NCBI GenBank assembly: GCA_963798845.1
Contig: CAWCUS010000002.1
Location: 608,001 to 672,000 of the forward strand
Length of the DNA stretch: 64,000 nucleotides
Origin: an uncultured Gemmatimonadales bacterium
Lineage (GTDB): Bacteria; Gemmatimonadota; Gemmatimonadetes; Longimicrobiales; RSA9
Reading direction: 5' to 3'
Shown here piece after piece: positions 29,055 through 39,462 of this stretch. Positions within the stretch are counted from its first letter, which is position 1; the number at the start of each line of letters is the position of its first letter. The notes under the pieces are model-generated. The model searched no databases. It saw nothing but the letters and a program-made list of their open reading frames with translations, and was not told where the DNA came from. Made by a program: the position numbers and the translations under genes.

Positions 29055-31310
29055 CTACCGCTGCGGCGCGATCGCGTACCCCGCGGGCGGCTGCGCGCCG
29101 AGCAGGTTCTTCACGAAGTAGTCCCACCGCCGCCGGATCATGTACGGCGTCATGGCGAATCCGTGCCGCTGGTCCGGGAAGAGGATGAGGTCGAAGTCCT
29201 TGTTCGCGTCGATCAGCGCCTGCACGACGAGCAGTGTGTTGTAGTACGGCACGTTGTCGTCCACCGCGCCGTGGGCGAGGAGCAGCTTCCCCTTCAGGTT
29301 GTTCGCGAGCAGCTGGTTGGCCTGGTTGTCGTAGCTGGTCTTCCCGTTCCCCAGATCGCGCAGCAGCCCCTGCCACTTCTCGCCCCAGTCGTCCTCGTAC
29401 ATCCTGTTGTCGTGGTTGCCCGCCTCGCTCACCGCCACCTTGTAGAAGTCGGGGTAGCGCAGCATGGCGTCCGTGGACGCGAAGCCGCCGCCGGAGTGGC
29501 CCCAGATCCCGACCCGGTCCAGGTCCATCCAGGAGTAGCGCTCGGCCAGCTGCCGGATGCCCGCGATCTGGTCCGGGAGCCCGTTGTCACCCATGTCCCC
29601 ATAGTAGGCCGCCTGGAACGACTGGGTGCGCATCGGCCCGCCCATGGCGTTCAGGGCGACCACCACGAAGCCGAGCTCCGCCAGCGACTGGTGGTCGCGG
29701 CGCGCGCCGCTCCACCCCCACGTGCTCACGCTCCCGCTCTGCGGGCCCGGGTAGACGTAGTTGATCACCGGGTACCGCTTCGACGGATCGAAGCTCGTTG
29801 GACGGAACAGCAGCCCGTACAGGTCCGTCTTCCCGTCCCTCGCCTTCACCGTGAACGGCATCGGCGGCTGCCAGCCCGTGGCCAGCAGGCGCGAGATGTC
29901 CGCTGTCTCGAGCTGTGCCACGACGTGGCCGTCGGCGGCGTCGCGCAGGACCGTGACCGGGGCCGTGGTCGGGGTCGAATACGTGTCCACGAACCAGCGT
30001 CCGTCCGGCGACAGCGAGACGTCGTGGTTGGCGCTGTCCGGGGTGAGCAGTGCCGGCGGACCGCCGTCGAGGCTGACGCGATAGAAATCGGTGAAGTAGG
30101 GGTTTCCCACCTGGCCGCCGTTGCCGACGAACCAGACCGTGCGGCTGTCCGGATCAACGCGCAGCACGTCGAGCACGTTGTAGTGGCCGGGTCCGATGGG
30201 GTGCTTCAGAGACCCGGTATCCAGGTCGTACAGGAAGAGCCTGCCCCAGTCGTCGCGCCGGGAGTACCAGATCAGCTCGTGGCTGTCGGGGAGCAGTCGC
30301 CAGTTCCAGTCGTCGTAGCCGGTCTCGAGGAACGTGGGCGACGTTTCCTCGAGCACGGTCCGGACCTCCCCCGTGGCGGCATCCGCTACGCGCAGGGTGG
30401 CGTGCTGGTGGTCTCGGGAGGTGGACACGAAGGCCACCCGTCGGCTGTCCGGCGTCCACTCCAGGTCGGCGAACGTGCCGTTGCAGTAGACGTGGTCGCA
30501 CACCGAGGAGCGGTGCGGGTCGGGCGGCATCTTGAAGCGGATGATCTCCGGCGACGCCGGGTCGCTCACGTCGACGACCAGCCGCTCGATGCGGAAGATC
30601 ACCGTGTCTTCCGGGAGGGGATAGCGCCACGAGTCCAGCTCGGGGTGCCCGGCGCGCGTGTGGGTGACGTACATGCGGCCAACGCCGCGGGCGTCGTGAC
30701 GGAACGTGGCGATGTGCTTGGAGTCCGGCGACCAGCGGAGCACGGGCCTGTCGCTTCGCACCCATCCCGCATTGTTGGTGGCGTAGCCGTAGTCTTCCTG
30801 GCCGTCCGTGGTCAGCCGGTGGTCCTCGTGCGTGGCGAGGTCGCGCACCCAGAGGTCATGGCCCCGGATGAATGCGCCCCACTTCCGGTCGGGGGAGACG
30901 ACGGCGTTCCGCAGCCACGCTTTCCCCTCCTCGCTCGCCGTCCAGCCCGTGTCCGCCGGCATCAGCGCCTTCGCCCGGGGGTCGTCGCCCGCCAGCCGCT
31001 CCACCTCCCCGCTGGACGGCGTGACCAGCACCACCTGCTCGCCGTCCGGCGTGGTGGTCCGGTACCAGAAGCGGCCGTCATCCAGCCAACTGGGAGAGAC
31101 GCGCGCGCCGAACACCTCGTCCTGCACGGTCGGCTGGAGGAACTGCTCCGCGCGCTCGTAGTCCGCGCTGGTCAGAGAGTCCGGGGCGTACCGGGTCGTT
31201 GTGGGCCCGACGGGCGTCGGCGCGGCGACGGCGGGTGCTCCCGCGCTGCCGCACGCGGCGAAGAGCGCGGCGCCGGCGAGCGCCGCAAAGGGGACGAGAC
31301 GGTGTCGCAT
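29055..31310 (-). CDS. S9 family dipeptidyl-peptidase IV-like lipoprotein
   Basis: Lipobox LFAAC, beta-propeller region, GHSGGG, DDNV, RHG. Confidence 0.9.
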   Translation of the reverse strand: MRHRLVPFAALAGAALFAACGSAGAPAVAAPTPVGPTTTRYAPDSLTSADYERAEQFLQPTVQDEVFGARVSPSWLDDGRFWYRTTTPDGEQVVLVTPSSGEVERLAGDDPRAKALMPADTGWTASEEGKAWLRNAVVSPDRKWGAFIRGHDLWVRDLATHEDHRLTTDGQEDYGYATNNAGWVRSDRPVLRWSPDSKHIATFRHDARGVGRMYVTHTRAGHPELDSWRYPLPEDTVIFRIERLVVDVSDPASPEIIRFKMPPDPHRSSVCDHVYCNGTFADLEWTPDSRRVAFVSTSRDHQHATLRVADAATGEVRTVLEETSPTFLETGYDDWNWRLLPDSHELIWYSRRDDWGRLFLYDLDTGSLKHPIGPGHYNVLDVLRVDPDSRTVWFVGNGGQVGNPYFTDFYRVSLDGGPPALLTPDSANHDVSLSPDGRWFVDTYSTPTTAPVTVLRDAADGHVVAQLETADISRLLATGWQPPMPFTVKARDGKTDLYGLLFRPTSFDPSKRYPVINYVYPGPQSGSVSTWGWSGARRDHQSLAELGFVVVALNAMGGPMRTQSFQAAYYGDMGDNGLPDQIAGIRQLAERYSWMDLDRVGIWGHSGGGFASTDAMLRYPDFYKVAVSEAGNHDNRMYEDDWGEKWQGLLRDLGNGKTSYDNQANQLLANNLKGKLLLAHGAVDDNVPYYNTLLVVQALIDANKDFDLILFPDQRHGFAMTPYMIRRRWDYFVKNLLGAQPPAGYAIAPQR

Positions 31311-31544
31311 GGTTCCTCTCGAGCGTGTCCTCGGGTTGTGTCAGGTCGGAGCGGGAAGATGCGGCCGGGGCGACGAGGCGGCAAACCCGCAGCCCCGGGT
31401 AGCCGGCGAGCGGAGCGTTCCGGGTCTCTCTCTGCACGGCTCCGGGCCCACCCGGGCCGCCCCGATTGCGGCCGCGCCGTGGGTGCCGCCATCTTCGGCC
31501 CTCGGCTCGAGACGAAATCGCGTGACCCCCGGTCCCGACGGCGA

Positions 31545-32237
31545 ATGAGCGGAACAGAGAACGAGAACGCGACTGTGGCTTCGACGGAGACCGGGGCGAG
31601 TCCGGCACGTCCGCCGGAGCGGGTGGTGTGGCCGGAAGCGACCGAGCGGCTGCGTGCCGACCCGTCGTTCGGGCCGCTGGTGGAGCGGGTAGGGCCAGTG
31701 CGCCTGCGGCCGAGTCGCGGCGAGGCCTTCCAGGCGCTGGCCGCCGCGATCGTCTATCAGCAGCTGGCGGGCGCCGCCGCCCGGACCGTGCACGGGCGCT
31801 TCGTGGCGGCGCTGGCGGGTGAGGTGACGCCCGAGAACGTGCTCTCGGCGGACGACGGTACGCTGCGCGGCGCCGGCCTCTCGGGTGCGAAGATGCGGGC
31901 GATCCGGGACCTTGCGGCGAAAGCGGTGTCCGGTGAGGTACCGCTGCACGACCTGGCGTCGCTGACGGACGAGAAAGTGGTGGAGCGCCTGGTCCGGGTG
32001 AAGGGGATCGGGCCCTGGACTGCCCACATGTACCTGCTTTTCGACCTGGTCCGGCCCGACGTCTGGCCCGTCGGGGACCTGGGGGTCCGCGCCGGGATCG
32101 CGCGCGTGCTGGGACTGGCGGAGCCGCCGTCGCCGCTGGAGATGGCGTGGATCGGCGTGGGCTACCGGCCGTGGCGGAGCGCCGTCGCGTGGTACTGCTG
32201 GCGCGCGGTGGACACGATCACCCAGGACGCCGGCTGA
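31545..32237 (+). CDS. DNA-3-methyladenine glycosylase II (AlkA-like, HhH-GPD)
   Basis: IVYQQL, HhH VKGIGPWTA, RPDVWPVGDLG. Confidence 0.88.
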   Translation: MSGTENENATVASTETGASPARPPERVVWPEATERLRADPSFGPLVERVGPVRLRPSRGEAFQALAAAIVYQQLAGAAARTVHGRFVAALAGEVTPENVLSADDGTLRGAGLSGAKMRAIRDLAAKAVSGEVPLHDLASLTDEKVVERLVRVKGIGPWTAHMYLLFDLVRPDVWPVGDLGVRAGIARVLGLAEPPSPLEMAWIGVGYRPWRSAVAWYCWRAVDTITQDAG

Positions 32238-32294
32238 GAGGCGGACCCGGAGAGGCGAGCCTGGCCCCCGGAGGCCGGGGGCCGATGACTCCGC

Positions 32295-32489
32295 TCAGCC
32301 GAGATAGCTCTCGATCCGCTTCTTTGCCTCTGCCACGTCGGCGACCCGGTCGCCGCGCCTGCTCCCGTCCTTCATCCGGAAGCTCGTGACGTTCGTGCCG
32401 GGCACCTCGACGATGCGGGCGACCTCCTCGCCGTCCTGCATCGCCACGATCACGCGCTCGTTTTCCCGCTCGTAGACGATCTCCGCCAT
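32295..32489 (-). CDS. Small hypothetical protein (64 aa)
   Basis: GGAGGAG RBS upstream, protein-like composition (MAEIVYERENERVIVAMQDG...). Confidence 0.65.
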   Translation of the reverse strand: MAEIVYERENERVIVAMQDGEEVARIVEVPGTNVTSFRMKDGSRRGDRVADVAEAKKRIESYLG

Positions 32490-32793
32490 TGTCCCGTTCT
32501 CCTCCGAGCGGTGGGTCTGCAGCGCGGCCGGCCCGCTCGGAAAGCCGGCGGCGTGCGCACGGCCGCCGGCCGTACGTCCTTCCTCCAAGGCACCGTATGC
32601 CCCCGCGGCCGGGAGGCCAACCCCGGGCGTCGGCTTCCCCCGGAGGCTTGGGCGCCGGCCGCGACGGGACCGTCTCGCCGCACTCTGCTCGAGATGCCGG
32701 GACGCCGCCGGGGACCGCCCTCTCCCGGGAGGCGACGGGGTGCTACTATTCCGGGTCGGGAAACGCGTGTGCGATCGTCACGGGAGGCGGGGC

Positions 32794-33432
32794 ATGACCG
32801 AGGGTGTGCGGGGAGCTGAGGGCGAGGAGATGGCGAACGCCTGGACGCACGGCGTGGGCGTGGCGGCGAGCGTGGCAGGCGGCGCGCTGCTCATCGTCTT
32901 CGCCGCGCTCCACGGGGACGCGTGGCAGGTGGTGGGCGTTTCGGTCTTCGCGGCGACGCTGCTCGCCCTCTACACCGCGTCGACGCTGTACCACACCTCC
33001 CGCTCGCCGCTCCGTAAGGAGCGCCTCAAGGTGCTCGACCACGCGGCCATCTACCTGCTCATCGCCGGGACGTACACGCCGTTCACCCTCATCGCGCTGC
33101 GGGGCGGCTGGGGCTGGAGCCTGTTCGGCGTGATCTGGGGGCTGGCCGTGGCCGGCGTGGGCATGAAGCTGGTGTACACCGGCCGCTTCAGGCTCCTGTC
33201 CACGGCGGTCTACGTGGGCATGGGCTGGCTCGTGCTCATCGCCATCGGGCCGCTGACGCGCAGCCTCGGGCCGGTCACCCTGGCGTGGCTGGTGGCGGGC
33301 GGCGTGGCGTACACGGCCGGGACCCCCTTCTACCATAGCCGCCGCGTGCCGTACGCCCACGCCGTCTGGCACCTGTTCGTCCTGGCCGGGAGCGTGTGCC
33401 ATGCCGTGGCGGTGGCCACGCTGATCGGCTGA
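32794..33432 (+). CDS. Hemolysin III / PAQR family membrane protein, copy 2
   Basis: EEMANAWTHG, STLYH, DHAAIYLLIAGTYTPF, HAVWHLFVLAGSVCH. Confidence 0.9.
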   Translation: MTEGVRGAEGEEMANAWTHGVGVAASVAGGALLIVFAALHGDAWQVVGVSVFAATLLALYTASTLYHTSRSPLRKERLKVLDHAAIYLLIAGTYTPFTLIALRGGWGWSLFGVIWGLAVAGVGMKLVYTGRFRLLSTAVYVGMGWLVLIAIGPLTRSLGPVTLAWLVAGGVAYTAGTPFYHSRRVPYAHAVWHLFVLAGSVCHAVAVATLIG

Positions 33433-33555
33433 GGTCGCACGCCCCCGCACGCTCGGAACCTCAAAGGGGCCGGCGCCCGGTGGAAGACGGATCGCTGCCG
33501 CCGCACGCGCCACGCCCGTGCAGGCGCCAGCGGAACGGGGAGGGGCAGCGGATGT

Positions 33556-33584
33556 GAAATGGCCCGCCGACGTGGCCGGCGGGC
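33556..33584 (-). terminator. Possible intrinsic terminator after cold-shock gene
   Basis: 8-bp stem gcccgccg/cggcgggc (33562-33569 / 33577-33584) with a weak CAUUUC tail on the minus strand. Confidence 0.35.
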
Positions 33585-33595
33585 GATCGGAAGGC

Positions 33596-33814
33596 TCAGG
33601 CCTCTTCCAGCCGCGTCACGCCCTCGGCCCGCGGACCCTTCGGGTCCTGCACCAGCTCGTACTCCACGCGCTCACCCTGCGCGAGGGACTTGAACCCGCT
33701 GCCCTCAATGGAGGAATGGTGCACGAACACGTCCTTGCCTCCCCTGTCGGGCTGGATGAAGCCGTATCCCTTGTCGTCCATGAAACGCACGACTGTACCG
33801 GTCTCTCGCGCCAT
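33596..33814 (-). CDS. Cold-shock protein (CspA family)
   Basis: GTVVRFMDDKGYGFI (RNP1), DVFVHHS (RNP2), GFKSL..GERVEY, KGPRA. Confidence 0.93.
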   Translation of the reverse strand: MARETGTVVRFMDDKGYGFIQPDRGGKDVFVHHSSIEGSGFKSLAQGERVEYELVQDPKGPRAEGVTRLEEA

Positions 33815-34051
33815 GATGTGATCCGTACCTGTGGGCTGTGGGTTGTGTGAGCTGCGGGTGAACTGTCGCGGGGATGCGTCGCAAGGATCGTGCTTCGTGC
33901 GGCGACGCCGGAGCCAGCGTGCCGCCTCCGCAATCGGCTCATTCAGCCTAGTCCAGTCTCGCCGTGCTCGCAACCCATACGTTTGCGCTGCCGCCCTGGC
34001 CCCCGGCGTCGTCGGCCTTGAATGCCGACGCTCACTCCGCCACCATAGGGT

Positions 34052-34825
34052 ATGGCGATGAACCGTGGTGGAAGATGCAAGTCGTGCGCCCGGCGGACGG
34101 CCCGGAGTGCGGTCCTGGCCGGGATCGCCGCCCTCGCCGCCGCCTCCGCGGGGTGTGGCGCGCGAGGACGCTCCGGGGAACAGCCGGTCCCGGACAGCTA
34201 CGCGTTCCCGGGGATCACGGGGCGCCGGTGCGACCACACGGACTCCAGGGTCCAGGACCTCGCGTTCAGTGACATCGCGCGCCCGGGGACCGCGGGGAGC
34301 ATAGCGCTCTGGGGGCTCGGGTCCGCGCCGGCGGATACGGTGGTGGTTTCCGTGCGATACACCGGGGACGGCGAGCTCGACTGGGTCCAGCTGCTGTCGT
34401 CCAACGTGCCGACGGTGAACGCGGCGGAGCTCCTGCGCCTCCTCCGGGCCGCGCTCGTGGAGCGCTGGCGGGAGGGCGCGGGCGTTCGGCTCCGCATGGT
34501 GGGCGGGCATGTGGATGCGATCCTCCCGTCGGTCGTGTGCGAGGCGTACCCCGTACGGCGGCTCCCCGGAGTCCGGCGCCCCTTGCTTACCAGCCGGGAG
34601 TACCTGGAGTACCTGGAGGCGCGCGGACAGCGCTTCGACGTGCTGATCCGCCTCGACGACCAGGGGCGCGTGATGGACGTTCAGCTGCCGCAGCCGACCG
34701 GCTATCACGCGATCGACCAGTACCTGGTCGAGTATCCACGCGACTGGGAGTACGAGCCCCGCCTCCATGACGGCATCCCGGTGGCGACCACGCTGAGGCT
34801 CAGCATCCGCGTCGGCGGCCACTGA
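34052..34825 (+). CDS. Putative lipoprotein with C-terminal TonB_C-like domain
   Basis: ASAGC lipobox; C-terminal IRLDDQGRVMDVQL..PTGY.AIDQ....W.YEP..DGIPV. Confidence 0.55.
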   Translation: MAMNRGGRCKSCARRTARSAVLAGIAALAAASAGCGARGRSGEQPVPDSYAFPGITGRRCDHTDSRVQDLAFSDIARPGTAGSIALWGLGSAPADTVVVSVRYTGDGELDWVQLLSSNVPTVNAAELLRLLRAALVERWREGAGVRLRMVGGHVDAILPSVVCEAYPVRRLPGVRRPLLTSREYLEYLEARGQRFDVLIRLDDQGRVMDVQLPQPTGYHAIDQYLVEYPRDWEYEPRLHDGIPVATTLRLSIRVGGH

Positions 34826-34902
34826 GCACCGGGCGCCCTGCCACCCTTCACATCCGTGCCGGCGCTTGATCCCGGGCGCCATTTCCGCGACCATCCAGGG
34901 CT

Positions 34903-36495
<1,593 letters not shown>

Positions 36496-36571
36496 TCGGC
36501 GCGCGGGGTCTGGCGCCCGCTCGCTCGCGCGCGGCTCGCTCCCACCGACTGCCGTCCCCTATATTGACGGG

Positions 36572-36934
36572 ATGGAAGGGAGACACCTGCTCAAGAGCCT
36601 GAAGGACGACGGCTGGTACCTCGGGGATACGGACGGCGCCTGCCGCCAGTACGTTCACGCCGAGCGTGACGGGGTGGTCACCGTCTGGGTGGGCCACACG
36701 CATGAGCTCGGCGCGCGGGCCGCCGACGGGGCAAGGGCGCGGGCGGAAGGCACGGCCCCGCCCTCGGATCCCGACGCGGACGCCACGGTCGTCGTCGAGG
36801 CCACTCGCAACGGCTTCTCCGCCCACGCCGAGGCGTTCCCCGGCTGCGTCGCCACCGGCGAGACGGAGATCGAAGCCCGCGAGCGGCTGCAAACCGCGCT
36901 CTCGCTGCACCGCGCCGGACTCCGCTCCCGGTGA
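36572..36934 (+). CDS. HicA-like / HicB-like fusion protein
   Basis: N-half LKDDGWY....GACRQYVH...GVVTV (HicA-like). C-half VVVE....GFSA....FPGCVATGETE.EARERLQ.AL..H (HicB-like). Confidence 0.68.
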   Translation: MEGRHLLKSLKDDGWYLGDTDGACRQYVHAERDGVVTVWVGHTHELGARAADGARARAEGTAPPSDPDADATVVVEATRNGFSAHAEAFPGCVATGETEIEARERLQTALSLHRAGLRSR

Positions 36935-37449
36935 GGATCGTCGCCGGGGAGTGGGCGGGGACGGACCTCACGTCCCCGGGTGGCCGCGTGCGCCCCACGG
37001 CCGAAGAAGTGCGCGACCGCTGGATTCGACTCCTGGAGCCCGACCTCCCGGGAGCCCGGGCGCTGGAGCTCTACGCCGGCACGGGGGCCGTGGGGCTGGA
37101 GGCGCTGTCGCGAGGAGCGGCGAGCGTGGACTTCGTCGAGAACAACCCGGCCACGCTGCACGCGCTGAAGGCGAACATCGCCACGGTCCGGGCTACGCCG
37201 CGGACGCGGGTCTTCACGCGCGACGCGCTCCGCTTCGCCTTCATCCTTTCACCCCGCTCCTACGACCTGGCCCTGGCCGACCCCCCGTACGGCTCGAGGC
37301 AGACCGATCGGCTGGTGGAGCGCTGGCTGGACGTGCCGTTCGCGTCCGTGCTGGCGGTGGAGCACGCCGCCGAGCACCACCTCCCGGGCTCCGCCGAGCG
37401 TCATCGGGTGGGTGACGCCACGATCAGCGTGTACAGGAGGGGAGAATGA
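36931..37449 (+). CDS. rsmD: RsmD-family methyltransferase (16S m2G966-like)
   Basis: MRIVAG, RPT, LELYAGTGAVGLEALSRGA, DPPY. Confidence 0.8.
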   Translation: MRIVAGEWAGTDLTSPGGRVRPTAEEVRDRWIRLLEPDLPGARALELYAGTGAVGLEALSRGAASVDFVENNPATLHALKANIATVRATPRTRVFTRDALRFAFILSPRSYDLALADPPYGSRQTDRLVERWLDVPFASVLAVEHAAEHHLPGSAERHRVGDATISVYRRGE

Positions 37450-38255
37450 GCGCCGGAGATCCGGGCGAGGCGTCCCGCTGGATCGCGTTCACGCGGGCGG
37501 TCGGGCCGCGGCTGGTGGAATGCGAGCTGACGCACCTGGCCCGGGCGCCGATCGACGTCGAGCGGGCGGCGGCCCAGCACGAGGCGTACGAGGCGGCGCT
37601 TCGCGGCCTCGGCTGCCAGGTCGTGCGGCTCCCCGACCTTCCGGACCACCCGGACGGCGTCTTCGTCGAGGACGTTGCCGTGGTGCTGGACGGTGTGGCG
37701 GTGGTCACGCGCCCCGGCGCGGCGTCCCGCCGCGGCGAGGTGGTCGGGATGGCGGAGATGCTGCGGCCGCACCGGCCGGTCCGCTGCATCGAAGAGCCAG
37801 CGCGCCTCGACGGCGGCGACGTGCTGGTTGCGGGGAAGCGCGTTTTCGTCGGCGCGTCCGCGCGCACCGACCTCGAGGGCGCACGGCAGCTCGCGGCCAT
37901 TCTGGAACCGCTGGGCTACCAGGTGCGGCGCGTCACCGTGCGGGGCTGTCTGCACCTGAAGACCGCGGTGACGGCCGTGGCGGACGGGGTGCTGGTGCTG
38001 AACCCCGCGTGGGTGGAGCGGGGGGCGTTCCCGGGCTTCGACACGATCCCTGTGGCCGAGCGCGAGCCGCTGGCCGCCAACGTGCTCCGGATCGGCGACG
38101 CAGTGCTGGTTCCCGCCGCGCATCCCCGTACGGCCGAACGCATTGCCGCGGCGGGTGTATCCAATCAGGTTGCATTGGACGTATCGGAACTCGCGAAGGC
38201 GGAGGCGGGGGTGACGTGCTGCAGCCTCGTGCTCCGCACGGAGGTGCCAGAATGA
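37446..38255 (+). CDS. Dimethylarginine dimethylaminohydrolase (amidinotransferase family)
   Basis: PDGVFVED, RRGE, LDGGDV, LHLKT, catalytic GVTCCS. Confidence 0.88.
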   Translation: MSAGDPGEASRWIAFTRAVGPRLVECELTHLARAPIDVERAAAQHEAYEAALRGLGCQVVRLPDLPDHPDGVFVEDVAVVLDGVAVVTRPGAASRRGEVVGMAEMLRPHRPVRCIEEPARLDGGDVLVAGKRVFVGASARTDLEGARQLAAILEPLGYQVRRVTVRGCLHLKTAVTAVADGVLVLNPAWVERGAFPGFDTIPVAEREPLAANVLRIGDAVLVPAAHPRTAERIAAAGVSNQVALDVSELAKAEAGVTCCSLVLRTEVPE

Positions 38256-38422
38256 AGCGAAGCCTCGTCGTGGCCATGGCGCTCGTGCTCGGTGCGGGAT
38301 TCACGGCATGCAAGTCCTCGACGGGCCCCGACCGGGATCCGACGCCGAAGCAGGACCAGGATCCCGGGGGCGGGAAGGCGCCGCTGGTCGGGATGGTGCT
38401 CCTGGCGCCGCCCGTCGCCTGA
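38252..38422 (+). CDS. Small lipoprotein (56 aa)
   Basis: GGAGG RBS, ATGA overlap with the upstream stop, signal MKRSLVVAMALVLGAGFTAC. Confidence 0.65.
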   Translation: MKRSLVVAMALVLGAGFTACKSSTGPDRDPTPKQDQDPGGGKAPLVGMVLLAPPVA

Positions 38423-38428
38423 AGAAGG

Positions 38429-38707
38429 GTGAAAGCCACGGCTGAAGTCCAGGTCATTCCCATCGGAGCGGGCGTGTCCGTGCGCCGCGAGGTGAAGCGC
38501 GCGCACCAGGTCCTCGTCGACTCCGGGCTCCACGTGGAGCTGCACGCCAACGGCACCAACATGGAGGGCGAGCTGGGCGACGTCCTGGACGCGATCCGGC
38601 GGGTGCACGAGACGCTGCACGCGGAGGGCACGGCGAGGATCGCGACGTTCGTGAAGCTGGGGACGCGCACGGACAAGGAGCCGTCCCTCGGCGGCAAGCT
38701 GTTCTAG
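38429..38707 (+). CDS. MTH1187/YkoF family thiamine-binding protein
   Basis: QVIPIG..SV, HANGTNMEG, KLGTRTDK. Confidence 0.82.
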   Translation: MKATAEVQVIPIGAGVSVRREVKRAHQVLVDSGLHVELHANGTNMEGELGDVLDAIRRVHETLHAEGTARIATFVKLGTRTDKEPSLGGKLF

Positions 38708-38755
38708 GGCCCGCTCGATCCCATCCCGGGAGCGGGCCGCAGCGCCGGAGGAAAC

Positions 38756-39106
38756 GTGATCGGATTCATGATGTTCATCTTCACGATCGTGGCCGGGGTC
38801 CTGGTGCTCGTCCGGGGACTCCAGTGGATCGGTCGCAGCCCCCGGTCGCTGGAGCCGCCGCGGGACGGCGGCCAGGGACGCGCCGAGCTGGAGCGCATCG
38901 AGGGCGCGCTCACGCGCCTCGAGGCCCGCGTGGACGACCTGCAGGACCAGCAGCGGTTCCTGGAGCGCCTGCTCGCCCGCCGGCAGGAAGACCCGGCGCT
39001 CCCGCCAGCCGCGCCCCGCGAACACCGGCCGTCCGCCGAAGCGACGGAAGGCGAGGCGGCTCCCTCGTCGAAGCCCGACAGCATCCTGTTCGACATCGGG
39101 GAGTAG
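38756..39106 (+). CDS. Hypothetical single-TM coiled-coil protein
   Basis: GGAGG RBS, N-terminal TM, LEARVDDLQDQQRFLERLL coiled coil. Confidence 0.65.
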   Translation: MIGFMMFIFTIVAGVLVLVRGLQWIGRSPRSLEPPRDGGQGRAELERIEGALTRLEARVDDLQDQQRFLERLLARRQEDPALPPAAPREHRPSAEATEGEAAPSSKPDSILFDIGE

Positions 39107-39135
39107 CGCGAGGAGGTCGTTCTGGGGGTGATGCG

Positions 39136-39462
39136 ATGCGGCTGACGAAGGCGGCGGAGCTCGAACGGGTGCTCGGCGATCCCATCGCCGTGATCTACAA
39201 GCACAGCCCGCTGTGCGGCGTATCGGCCATGGCGCTGCGCGAGGTCCGGTCGTTCATGGAGGACCACCCCGACATCCCGCTGTACGAGGTGGACGTGGTG
39301 CGGGATCGAGCATTGTCCCGCGCGTTGGAGGACCGGCTCGGCGTCCGCCACGAGTCGCCCCAGGCGCTGGTGCTGCGCGCCGGCGAGGTGGTGTGGCACG
39401 GCTCGCACCGCGCCGTGTCCCGCGCGGCCCTGGAGCGCGAGACCGGCGTCGACGCCGGCTGA
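39136..39462 (+). CDS. YtxJ/BrxC-like monothiol thioredoxin-fold protein
   Basis: IYKHSPLCGVS, LGVRHESPQAL, VWHGSH. Confidence 0.85.
   Translation: MRLTKAAELERVLGDPIAVIYKHSPLCGVSAMALREVRSFMEDHPDIPLYEVDVVRDRALSRALEDRLGVRHESPQALVLRAGEVVWHGSHRAVSRAALERETGVDAG

Noticed and set aside
28647..31544. 1196-aa ORF on the + strand
   Set aside because: Antisense shadow of the S9 peptidase and deaminase genes. Only the last 230 aa (AlkA-like) are credible.
33815..34894. 432-aa protein ending in a cold-shock domain
   Set aside because: The upstream portion is antisense to the 34052-34825 gene; the real csp starts at 33814.
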